A stretch of DNA of 64,000 nt from Callorhinchus milii (taxonomy: Eukaryota), in the NCBI RefSeq assembly GCF_018977255.1, contig NW_024704743.1:14820001-14884000 (forward strand). The letters are read 5' to 3'. This document shows, piece by piece, positions 26,203-37,780 of this stretch (the stretch's first letter is position 1; every line of letters begins with the position of its first letter). A model generated the notes under the pieces. That model did no database searches, was not told the DNA's origin, and worked only from the letters and a program-made list of their open reading frames with translations. The translations under genes and the position numbers were made by a program.

Positions 26203-26759
26203 GGTTTAAAGTGTCCATCTTGTTCCTAGATGGACACTTTAAACCATTTGCCTCACCGTTCAGTGCAATACAGATTATTTTATACTCTGCACTGGTTGAG
26301 GTTTCAAGTTTCTGCTGGGAAACTTTAGTTACATAGCTTGGTTACCCGTTTGTGACTTGCATAGTCCTGTGACCTCTCTTTTACAGCTGCCGTTGCTGAT
26401 TGTCAGTCAGAATACTGCTCTCTTAAAGAAACAGTATCACAGTTCTAGAACAATCTAGCCATTAGATATGATGAAATGAACAGTTTGCTGTGGAGTAAGC
26501 AAGGGTGCACGACATGCACAGTAATAATATCCAAAACATCAGAAATGTCTCAAAGAGCTTCACGGAGAATAGCTGTGAAGTTATTATGTATTTATAGCAA
26601 ATGATCACAAAGTAACTATTTAAAATTCATTCACAAATCTACAGAAGAGCACCTTGGATCCACACACTGATTATTTGCATGAGGAACTATCTGCAATGAT
26701 GGTAATTTGCTTAGTGGAAATATATACATATGCAAAGTGTCAGGGTCACGATTTTAATG

Positions 26760-26972
26760 GTGACGGAACAAGACAAGGAGACACGCACAAACAGAGAGAG
26801 ATGTATGCACAAAAACACAAACACAGAAGAGAGAGAGAGACACACACAAATAGAGAGGAGAGTAACACACACACACAGAAGCACATGGAGATATACACAT
26901 ACACAAACGCAGGCAGACAAACACACATACAAGCAGATAGAAAGACAGATAGAGACAGAGGCACACGCATAC
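26760..26972. repeat. Degenerate (CA)n/(GA)n microsatellite tract
   Basis: Seen directly; explains ORFs 26654-27094. Confidence 0.9.
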
Positions 26973-28294
26973 AGAACATTCTGCGGCCCGCGTTAAAGAA
27001 TCTGTTCTGGAATTTGGTCCTCATCAAGGAAAAGTTTAGATATCTCGGCTATAGGAGCTCAGCTTTTCCTTTGATGAAGCAATTGTTGTCATAATAATGA
27101 CCACAACAGCAACCAGTTGTTTAGTGCTGGCTACAATTGCACTGAAACAGATCTGGAAAAACATCTGTTTATTGGGTCTTTTAACAAAAATGCAACAGAC
27201 ATATGGGAATGATTCTCTGTCCGTCAGTAAATAGACCGACCTTGGCAGACAAATGATCATATTCTCCATTAGTCAGGTTACTGAAAGTTCAAGGACTCAT
27301 CCTTTTCAAAACTGCAGCGGTAGCCCATAACATGGCTAAAATTAAGTTTGCTAGCAGCTTTGATCAACTGTGATATTCACAGCTTCTCAAATTGACCAAT
27401 TTCATAATTATTATTGAATGATGTGTTAATGAAGTTTGGCATTGGTTTGGGGTTTGTACCCATAAGTAGAACCACCCTGTATGTTCATCAGTGCATTGGA
27501 GATGTAGGAAACATTAGTATGTGCTGCTCTTGGCCTGTGACCTGGTTGGGGTTCAATCCCGTTTGATGTAACTCTTTGATTGAAGTCCCATGTACCAATG
27601 GGAACATACATCTTCTAGCTGGGGCAGAGCTGAATGCTGATATCAACTATGTCTGAGTAAAGGGATTAATTAATCTTGCACATGGGGAGAAGAGAAGAGC
27701 CACGAATAAAGGAACTCCTTGGAGGTTGTTTTCTTGACAGCCTGTTGTCTGATACTCAATTAATATTCAGGGAGATATCCAAACATGGTCCAGGCTGGCA
27801 CTCCAGTGCAGTGCTAGGGGAGTACTGCATTGGAGGAGTTGCCATCCTTCAGATAAGATAGTAAAACAAGGTCCAAACAGCCTGTTCAGGTGGATGTTCA
27901 AGATCCCATAATGCTATTTGAAAAGAGAAGAGGGTTTCTTCCAGTATCCAAGCCATCAGTCACCTAGATAAAATGAATCGTTTACTTCATGGCTGTGTAT
28001 GGACGCTTGCAAATAGACTGTCACGATCACCTTTCCTGACTCACTTGACATTCACGCATATGTGCACATATAGCAGGACTCTTTGGTATAGCCATTGGAA
28101 TTGAGACTCTGGCTGATATTCCACTCCCAAATTAAAGAGCAATGAAGCCAATTAAAGCCTCACCTGTTGCTCCATCTGAGATTAAATAAGAACCAGGGTT
28201 TGAATCTGTGACTTTCGTGTTGTACCTCACCAGGGAATGCCTTTAACTGCAGACCATCAGTGGTGGTGATACTGGAGAGAGCATATTATTTTGT

Positions 28295-29000
28295 AACTTC
28301 TACCTTGGGGGCAGAGGTAAGCGAGGTCTCCTTGGAGCTGAACTGTCGGAATCGAGCCAGCCCTCTGTGGAGGTCTCGGTAGTCCGGTCCTGAGCCAGGC
28401 GGGTCCAAAGTATTCCAGGGCACTGTTGATAATAACACAGCCTGGCTCATTGGCAGGATCTGGAAGGGCAGACCAGTCACTGGGGCAGGAAGTCATCCCA
28501 CTCAGCTCCTCTTAACCCTGAAACCCAAAGCCCTAACGAGTAGGATTTTCTTAGTGGATAAGCAGCGGGAAAGCATGCCAGACAGCCATATCAATGCACA
28601 AGCTATGCGGTTTTAGCTGATTATATTTTATTAGTTTGATTTCTTCCCCTCCCTTCCGTTCTCCCCCCTGTCCCCAGCTCGGGTCTGAAATGTCCAGTGC
28701 CTTGGGACATCCTCTCGACGTGAAACTCTATACAAATGTAATCTTGTTGTTGTTGTTGTTAGACTCCAGGGTGCTCCAACACACACTCTGGGATTCCCAA
28801 CCCTTGGCTCTTGCCAACCTGCGCCTAATACTTTTCGGAATTAGGTGTCTCTCCAGGGAGAAAGTGCGCATTCCATTCCAGCAATCAATCTCTGGGATTT
28901 CCATGTGTCGGTGGGATTTATGGAAATCTCTGCTTGGTTTGGATACTCTTAAGCACAGTGATGGGTTTCTGCATGTGTCATACACCCACCTGATCAAAAT
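28295..29000 (+). repeat. Unclassified ~650-bp interspersed repeat, copy 1 (split by an L2 tail at ~28620-28757)
   Basis: Shares ggaagggcagaccagtcactgggg..gtcatcccactcagctcct and gtgatgggtttc.gcatgtgtca with five other loci. Confidence 0.85.
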
Positions 29001-29050
29001 ATATATATATATAGTTTACTAGTTTTACTCCAATGGCACATTTTAGAATA

Positions 29051-29300
29051 TTGGGTGAGAATTGTGAGTGTGATGTGATGGTTATCACTGGTGTAGTCTG
29101 TCATTCTGGGATATTTGAGTCAAACTGGTATCTCATGAAGCAAGTCTCAACTCTCGATCCACAGCAACTGTAATTGTGCCTTTTGGCCCTGTGCCACTGC
29201 TGGGGAAGGATGATCACATTCGTGGCTGGTTAACTTCTTAACTGTATTTAATAATGTGATATCTCCAGTGAACACATCACACCTCACAATTCTTATTCCA
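29051..29300. mobile_element. MITE-like element with imperfect ~35-bp terminal inverted repeats
   Basis: gagaattgtgagtgtgatgtg..tcactgg versus ccagtgaacacatcacacctcacaattctt. Confidence 0.55.
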
Positions 29301-29805
29301 TTGATTCTTTTTGTTTTTTGTTCCTATAAAACCTGTTTTACGCAACAAGCCATAGCTGATGGCATTATATCATAGCTGTAATGCCAAAATTGCAGGTTTT
29401 TCTCTCCTTGACTAGAATTCTACATCACTGATGCAATGTCTGGTGCTGGAACATACAATGCCATTTTCTGCCTTTCAATGCATAAGCCACATTCACGTTC
29501 TTAAGGGTCAAATAGTTCACATCTAAGTTATTGGAGTGTTAAGCCTGAATAATAATATCACCTAGGAACTATTGGATGGTTTAACTTGCTGCTGGTGTTA
29601 AGTTAAGAACCAGATTGGAAAATTGCATATCAGCGGCTCAGCAGTAACTGAGCAGAGTTAGCACCCAGTTACTGCTACCAGTAAGTCCAAAAATAGGGTG
29701 CTGGTCTGTTTGCTGCATATAAAAAACATTTGTAGAGAAAGCAACCTTAAATCAGTTGGAAAAAACAGCTGGTGCACAGTGACACAGTAAATACTTTATT
29801 CTCTC

Positions 29806-30372
29806 GGGGGAGAGGGGCAAGTGGGAGAGCTTGGGAGAACAGGGGAGAGCTCAGGAGAGGGTGAGGAGACAAAGGTGGGGGGGAGAGAATGGTGGGGAGA
29901 AGAGAAGTGGGGGGGAAAGAGGGGAGGGGGGCAGAGGAGGGGAGCAAAAGAGGAGGGGGGGTTGACGAAGAAGGGGAGGAGGAGGAGGAGGACACTCTCT
30001 CCCTCCTCTCTCAGGCATTCTCTGTCTCCTCTCACACCTCTCTCTCCATTATACCCTCTCACACTCTCTCTTCCCTCTCACACTCCACCTCACCCTTCTT
30101 AATCACTCTCCCCCCTTCTCCTCCCTTCTCGCACACACACTGCCCCTATCCCCTCTCAAACTCTCTCTCGATCACCCTCTCTCAATCTCTGCCCTCTCTG
30201 TTTCTTTCTTTCCCCCTCTCCCTCACATTCACTCCTCCCTCCCACCTCACACTCTCTCTCTTCCCCTCTCTCTCAATCTCTCTCTGTTATCCCTCTCCAT
30301 CACTCTCTCAGTCTATCTCTCTCTCAATCCCCCTTTCCTACCTCACATACTCTGCCTTCCCCTTCTTTCTCT
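29806..30372. repeat. Low-complexity polypurine tract followed by a polypyrimidine tract
   Basis: G/A-rich to ~29991, C/T-rich afterwards. Confidence 0.9.
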
Positions 30373-30374
30373 CA

Positions 30375-30965
30375 CAGGTGGACAAAATGTTGTTTGTCAC
30401 CTTGACCAGAGCAGTTTCTGTGAGCAGCACGGAAACCCGATTGGAGGGGCTCATGTAGGCAGTAGTAGGAGAGGAATGAGCGAAGCTGGGAAGCAATAAC
30501 TCTTTCAAGGACCTTCAAAAAAAGAAGAGAGGTTGGAGGTGGGCTGGTAGTTAGAAGGCAGGGATGGGTCCAGGGAAGGTTTTATTCAGAATGGGGGTGA
30601 TTGTACCTGTTTTCAAGGGGATGGGAACAGTCCCAGATGAAAGGGAGAGATTGATGGTGTTGAAGAGTAGAGAGGCAAGGAGGTGGAGCTGGGAGGTAAG
30701 GAGACGGGTGGGGATGGAGTCAAGGGAGCAGGTGTTGTGTTTCATGCTGGATATGGTGATGATGAGAGAGGAGGGGGAGACAGTTTCGAAAATGTGGATG
30801 AGGGATGGGTAGGAGTCGGAGTGTGGGGGAGAGATGGGGAAGGAGTGGCAGTTGGGAGGGTGGAGGCAGCTGAATGGATCCCCTTGATTTTGGACTCAAA
30901 GAGATCCAGCATCTCCTCACAGTCAGAGCTTGAGGAGAGAATGGGTTAGGAGTGGGAGCGTGGAC
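30375..30965 (-). mobile_element. L2 ORF2 internal fragment (N-terminal part of RT)
   Basis: TCSLDSIPTRLL..INLSLSSGTVP..LKTGTITPIL and PLQSGFRAAH..ETALVKVTN remnants. Confidence 0.9.
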
Positions 30966-32524
30966 GGAGGAGCCGGTTGGTGGTAAACAACTGTTCAATA
31001 ATAAGATTGATCTTACTAACAATGCAATGAAAGAATACCTTCCATTATTTATGGGGATTCTCTGGTCTCTTAGGATTTAGGCACCAGTAATGTGCTACAA
31101 GACCTAGTAATTGGGGTCTTTTGATCAGGCTGATTCCCAGACTAATTGTATAATTTACTGCTATGCTTGTTTACTATCTCTTTCATAGAAGTGAAGAATG
31201 CTGTGTAAGCAAAACAGAATTGTTCACTATAGAGCAAGACTGAACACAAATACATTTTAGAGGCTCCTTGTTAGATTATTGTTCTCCCGGGGTGCAATTT
31301 ATGATTTTTATTTGTACATTTTTGTAACGCACAGAGGGTGAAAAACATGATATTTGATAACAGTTTTGATGCTACCAAAAATCTATTAATAATAGAATCT
31401 CAAATATCAGCACAATCATTTGCTCAATTCTCAAATTAATACAAATATGAAATATTGCATTAAACTATTATTAATTTGATATAGTGCCTCATCAGGTCAA
31501 AATGATTCAAAGTGCTGTACAGGATTTACTGCAGAGCGTAGTGACTATTTTGTAGGCAACTAATGAAACCAATTTGTACACAGCAATATCCCACGTACAG
31601 TCACATTTGATACCTCTGTTTACCTAGCGGTAAGTGGGAACCCAGTTGTTGGTCGATTGGCGCATTGCTTTTCCGGGGGCAATAATCCCTAACACTAACC
31701 CTAATTGTTAAATTGTTTAAAAAAAAGTGGGCTTTGATAATGATAAGCCTGAGAAATTCAGTTAGTATTTGTCATGTGCCTGAGGTTGCGGAATGTTAGC
31801 GAACAAAAATAGGTGCACGTTTAATTGACAGCCCATGAACGTATGGTGAACGCTTCCCATCGGGGCATTTAAAAGCCTCAGTGTTCAAAAGCTGCTTGAC
31901 AATGATGCTTATTTTGATGATAAACAGCATCAAATGCTTCCACATGTTGAATCAAATTAGGACTGAATCAAATGGTATCCAAGATAATGATAATAAACAA
32001 AAATTATTTAGTATAGCGCCTTTCATGTCATAAAGTACTTCACAGGATATATTGTGTTTTGTGGGTGAATGCAGCAGCCAATTTGTGTACAGCAATGTCG
32101 CACAAACAGCCATGAAGTGACTGATGACTAATTTTAATTTGAGGGATTGTTTTATTTGGCGAAGATGGCGTAAAGGTTACTCACTAATAGCTTGTATAGT
32201 ATTTGTCTTGTCCTAACAGAAACCAGCAAGTCCTCTCCCACCAGTCACATGTTTTTGCGGGCGATGGAAAAAAAAGTAATCATTTGGTCACTCAATCATG
32301 ACTGTTTGTGGGGCACTGATGTGCACAATTTTCCACAAGGTATACAGTCAATTCACTTTGAAGTATGTTCTGTGAAGGCTTTGAGATATTTCAAACATGT
32401 GATAAGGACCAATATCAAATGCAAAGATTGTTATTGTTGGACCTGCCGATCCCTATGATTAGGGCAGCTTTCAGCACCGATATTTCCTTAAGCAGAACCT
32501 CACCATCCAAGGATGCACAGTCCA

Positions 32525-33358
32525 CCTCACTGAGCCAGTCCGGAACCTGGGGACTTGTTTGACCTTCAACTATCCTTTCTACCCCACATCGGTGCCATGA
32601 CTTGCTCTGCCTTCCCCCACCTCCGCAACATCGCTCGGCTCCACCACTGTCTCACACCACAAACTGCCGAGACCCTCATACACGCATTCATAACATCCAG
32701 GCTTGACTATGCCTGACTCCACAGTTCAAGATCCTGGTCCTCAATTTCAAAGCCCTCCATGTCTTGCCTCCACCTAAGTCTGCGACCTCCTAACCCCCTA
32801 CCAACCTGCCCGCTCTCTCCACTCAGCAGGATCCGGCCTGCTTCACGTACCCCTCCTCGCGCCTCCCATCATTGGTGGGCAAGCCTTCAGCCACTCTACC
32901 CACACCACCTGAAATTCAATTGCATTTGTCCTCAAAGCACCTTTTCACATTTTGAGGACAAGGACATTTTGCATTTAAATAGTGCCCTTCACACACGACA
33001 GCGTCTCGGAATGCTACACAGTGATGTAGTCGGACACTGAGCAAGGGGAAGGGGGTCAAACAGATAGGTCTTAAGGTGGGTTTTAATCAACAACGACTTG
33101 TTGAAAGATAACAACAGCAACAAATTATATTTCTATACAACTCCATCCCGCAGCCCCTCTGCCTCGTCCCCTCCCTTGCCTCCTTCAAGATCCATCTCAA
33201 GGCCCTCCTCTTCGACTGTACTTTTGATCACCCTCCTCCCCCCCTGCCCTCCACCCTCCCCGATCCCAACCCCCAGCTCGGGTCCAAAACACTGATTATC
33301 CAACGCCTTGGGATGTCCTCTGTCAGGAAAGGCGCTTTACAATTATTGTTGTTGTTGT
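32525..33358 (+). mobile_element. Fragmented L2 3' pieces
   Basis: HLRNIARL/ETLIHAFITSRLDY segment, and a separate tail fragment at 33130-33358. Confidence 0.8.
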
Positions 33359-34027
33359 GCCAAAACAAAAGAAGAAATGTGCTCCTGATATCTAATTTGA
33401 TCATTCAATTAATTGTGGGATCTTGCTTTGTGTAGCAAAGCCACCATATTTGCCTACAAATGCCCAGTTACAACACTTGAGCGCAACTCCCTGTGAAGTA
33501 TAAGCACTATGTCAAATGCAAGGATTATTATGATCATTGAAATGACTTGTTATCCCCTTTATATCTATTTCCATGACAGTTATTTTTGATTAATATGAAC
33601 TAACATTGTTCAGACTCTACACCAGAGCATTTGTGATAGCGTTAGGGGTAATTAACCTTGCATTACTTGCTATCATCTTTGACTAATGCAACTTGTCACG
33701 ATAGATTGCCTGCAAATCAAACCATTTCTTTGAAGTTGCAACACTGGAAAGAACTCTATTCACGATGAGGAAACAATCATTTCCATTAGGTATTCAAAAT
33801 ACTAGTAATTGGCTCATTATAAAGCTGAGCTGGGCTTCTGAAAGTTTTGCCCTTTCCTGAACTGATATTAATTATAATATTTTTTATAAGAAAATGGGTT
33901 TTCCTATTGTAGCGTTTAGCTCCAGTTTCACACAGTAGAAGAATTAGATTTTATTGCTGGTAAATCTGCTGTGGGTTCAAATGCCACCATTTTGGGGGTT
34001 TTCTGATTTCCCACTCCAGTAAAGTAT

Positions 34028-34361
34028 TGTAACCGTAGACTGACTCCCCCAAGTCTAGCAGATACAGGTACACAGAGAAACAGTTCAAGAGGCACAGGTT
34101 TATTGTCACAGGGGGTAAACCTTAACAGTTTGACAGTGATATGCCTCACTCCTTACACAACGCAATCATGGAGGGATGCAGGCACTTGGATTCATGGTCG
34201 GTGTCCTTCAACCCCTCTTTTCGTGCAAGAGACCTCACAATCCCCCCCTGTTCTAGATTCTATGAAAGCTCAGGCCAGTCAGACCAATCAGGCCAGTCAG
34301 GCTCCAACAAGGATGAGGTATGACCCAAGAGCCTTCCTCACTCTCAGTTCCCAGTGTTACA
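34028..34361 (-). mobile_element. Solo LTR (Gypsy-like or ERV), 334 bp
   Basis: Termini TGTAAC...GTTACA flanked by the 4-bp direct repeat GTAT (34024-34027, 34362-34365); AATAAA on the minus strand at 34099-34104. Confidence 0.75.
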
Positions 34362-34699
34362 GTATAAATATGACTCAGAAGAATACATGCTTTCACTGGA
34401 TAAATAAATAAACAACCATTGTAGATAAAACATCAGAAAATGTCTATGGTAAGTACTTGCCAACAAGAATTTTCTAGTGAAGTAGAAGAAGAAATCTGTA
34501 GTGGGTGGGTAAGTAGGTGAGTAGGTAGGAAATACTTGTATTGGATACAGTGCCTTATCACATCATCAAAACGTGTGAAAGAGATTCACAGAATTTATCA
34601 TTTACTGTAGAGTAGTGACTGTATTTTGTAGGTGAACACAGCAGCCAGTTTGCACACAGCAATGCCCCATTAAAATTGGGAACTTCAATTATCCTAGGA

Positions 34700-35390
34700 T
34701 ATACAGGGACAAAATGTGATGTGGAAAAGTGTGAGGTTATTCATTTGAGGAGGAGCAATACGAAAAGGAACTAAATATTAAATGGTACATATTTAATACA
34801 TATGTAAAAGGAATAGAAGAGCAGAGAGACCTAGAGGTGGAAAAGCAAGTGGACAAAACTGATTTACCCAATACATGATTCTTAACCTATATAAATCAAA
34901 GAGGATACAGTGCTATTTACATAGAATTAGGACTAAAACAAGCTAGTTCACTTCAGAGTTTATACTCCACATGAGCCTCCATCCCGCCTATTCCCCTCAT
35001 CCATACACCACTATTCCCTTCTCCCTCAATTTACGTATTTAAACATAAATGTATTACCTTTAAACACGTTAATACTTTCTGTTTCAACCAGGCCCTCCGC
35101 CAGTGAGTTCCACATTCTCAAGACTTCTGTGTAAAGAAGTTCCTTCTAAAGTTCCTTTTAGATTGCTAATAGCTATCATGTTTACGCCCCTTCGTTTGGG
35201 TTCACCACCAAGTGGAATCAGTCTTTTAATGTTCACCTCATCACTTCCTTCATATTCTTAAACACCGTCACCAGGTTTCCTCTCAATTGTCTCTTTTGCA
35301 GAGAGAAAAGCTCCAACCTGCTCAATATTTCTGGATTACTGTAACCACTCATCCCTGGTAACATCCTATTAAATCTATGCTGCATTGCAG
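34700..35390. mobile_element. Two decayed CR1 3' fragments in opposite orientation
   Basis: Plus-strand KCEVIHL..Y.LNG..EEQRDL remnant at 34700-34910; minus-strand CR1 3' end (gagttccacattctca..ctgtgtaaagaagttcct) at 34920-35390. Confidence 0.65.
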
Positions 35391-36354
35391 TGGCTCTTTG
35401 TGAGTCACTGGCTCTTCTGCTCCTGCATTTCCTTTCTCTTCATTTTGCAACATGTTTCTATCATGTTTTACCTTTTCCTTCAGTCATAATCTACCCAGAC
35501 ACATTCCTGAGGCCAATAATGACCTTGATGATGTCCTGACTGACAATCTCCTAAAATTGGTCACTCACTCCTACTTGTTGGACATTGGTGTGTGCAAATT
35601 GACTGCTGTGTTTACCCACAATATATAGTCACTGGACTTTACACTAAATGCTATGAAGCTCTTGATTCCACTTTTAGTACAGACACTATCTACAGCACAC
35701 TGAGATGCTATCCTCCATGAAGGACACTAAATAAATGCAAGTTGTTGGCATTGTATGCTTTGAGACGTCCTCCTGACCAAGGAAATATACCAAATATAAG
35801 GATTATTATTGTAGACAATATCAACAACTTGCATTTATATTGCACCCTTCACATGGATAGTGGGACGTCCTCCCGACGTGAAAAGCGCTATATCAAATGC
35901 AAGGATTATTATTATTATTATTATTATTATTATAGTGTCTCAGAGCTCTTAACAGCAGTATGTTTGGCACCAAGCTGGAAAGGGGGAAAGATACCAAAGG
36001 AACGGTTGAAGAAGATAGTCTTTAGGTGTGATTTGAACATAGGCAGAGAGGGGTTAAGATGGAGGGATTGAGGCAGGGAGTTCCAAAGATTCAGGGCACA
36101 GTGGCTGAAAGTATGGCCACCAATGGAAGATACGGGGGAGCCTAGCAAGAACTTCGGTGATGGTCATATGGAGCCTGGGAGGGGTGAGAACACAGCAGTT
36201 TTGTATCATTTAGATCTCGTTAATAGTGGAGCTGGGGAGAGCGTTGAAAGAATGTGGGTAAAAAATATTGTTCATTATGTTGTGGATGTTTTTGGAGATT
36301 GATTCGGACTGGCTGCTTTTTAAATGTTACAACCCTTCCAGAGATAACAAGTCA

Positions 36355-36940
36355 AACCTGTAAGTGGGATCTCCTTGGAGTTAAACTGGTGCTTGGCAAT
36401 GAATTTTGGAAATGAGTCAGCCTTCTGTGATGGTCTTGCCAATCCAATTCCTGAGCCAGGGGGCTCCACAGTATTCCAGGGCACTGATGATGACAGCGCA
36501 GCCAGCCTGGCTCATCGACAGGACTTGGAAGGGCAGACCAGTTACTGGGGACTGGGAGTCATCCCGCTCAGCTCCTGTTAACCCTGCAAGCCTAAGTCCC
36601 AGCGGGTAAGGTAATCCTAGATGGACAAGCAGTGGGAGAGCTTGCCAGCTAGTGATATGAATGGCAAGCAATGCGGTTTTAGCTGGTTAGACTCCAGCAG
36701 TACCCTAAACACACATTCTGTGGTCCCGAAGCCTTGGCTCTTGCCAATCTATGCCTAATACTTTCTGGAATTGGGTACGGAGGATGCGTCCTTCCAGGGA
36801 GAGAGAGCACATTCCATTCCTGTCTGGAATCTATGTCTGAAATTTCCCTTGTAGGTGAGATGCATGGAAATCTCAGCTTGGTTTAGATACTCTTAAGTAT
36901 GGTGATGGGTTTCCGCATGTGTCAGACACCAAGCTGACCC
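36355..36940 (+). repeat. Unclassified ~650-bp repeat, copy 2 (most complete)
   Basis: Colinear with copy 1 without the L2 insert; ends gtcagacaccaagctgac. Confidence 0.85.
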
Positions 36941-37619
36941 CCATCCCACCCCCACTCCAAAAAAATTTGATCAACGTTAACATTCCCACTTAGAAAAATG
37001 TTGACTCTTTTAACTGAAAAATCCATTAACTCTTGGAGTGGTAAATCCACTAGAATCTCAACCCTTAGTAGAAAAGTAAATTGATATTTTGGATGAAAAT
37101 GCTCCTTCATTTTCAAGCTCAAACTCATATTGCAGTGCTGGTGATAAAACTGTCTTCAAATTGATTATGATGTTGCTAGCTCTATTCACTGCCATGAGAT
37201 GTGTCTGCACTTCTCAAAAAATCTCATTAGTTGTTTGAACTTGACAAGTATATCCAAGGATACTAGACATATGTGGCTCGAAGTGACAAACTTAAGCTTA
37301 AGGCTTTTTTGGTTTAGCAGACAACTTCTGAATGAATGCCAGGTGCTGGAAGATTAACTAATATTTCTACAATGATACTCAGTGCTCTTTATCAATGACG
37401 ACTATTGTGCCAATGGTTCCATCAAAACACCGTCTAGTGATGAATCAGGCAGCAGACATACATCAATGCACCATTCTACCTACACATTAGTTTGTTTTTC
37501 TAGTCAGTCGAGTATCTGACACCCTCATATGGAAATCAATCACTATGCCAAGAGTATCAAAACCAAACTACAGGTCTCACATTTCTATATATGCATAAAA
37601 AAAATGTTGTGCCCAGAAA

Positions 37620-37780
37620 GGAAAGCATAATCTCTTCCCGGAGACCTGATCCCAGAAAGTATTAGATGCAAGAGCCAAGGCTAGGGCCCTCAGAGTTTGT
37701 GATGGTATGCTACTGGAGTTTAACCAGCTAAAGCCACAATGTTTGCCACTGCTTGTTCAGCTAGGACAACCCTACCAGTT
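37620..37780 (-). repeat. Unclassified repeat, copy 3 (partial)
   Basis: gcaagagccaaggct and ctggagtttaaccagctaaa are reverse complements of copy 2 segments. Confidence 0.7.

Noticed and set aside
27426..27611. Minus-strand ORF as a coding exon
   Set aside because: Weak splice sites, and it contains a plus-strand tRNA B-box-like ggttcaatccc suggesting an old SINE head.
26654..30458. ORFs over the CA/GA and purine/pyrimidine tracts
   Set aside because: Low-complexity sequence lacks stop codons by composition.
36484..36540. CTGATGA in the unclassified repeat as a hammerhead core
   Set aside because: No GAAA follows a closing stem II, and the motif is not retained consistently across copies.
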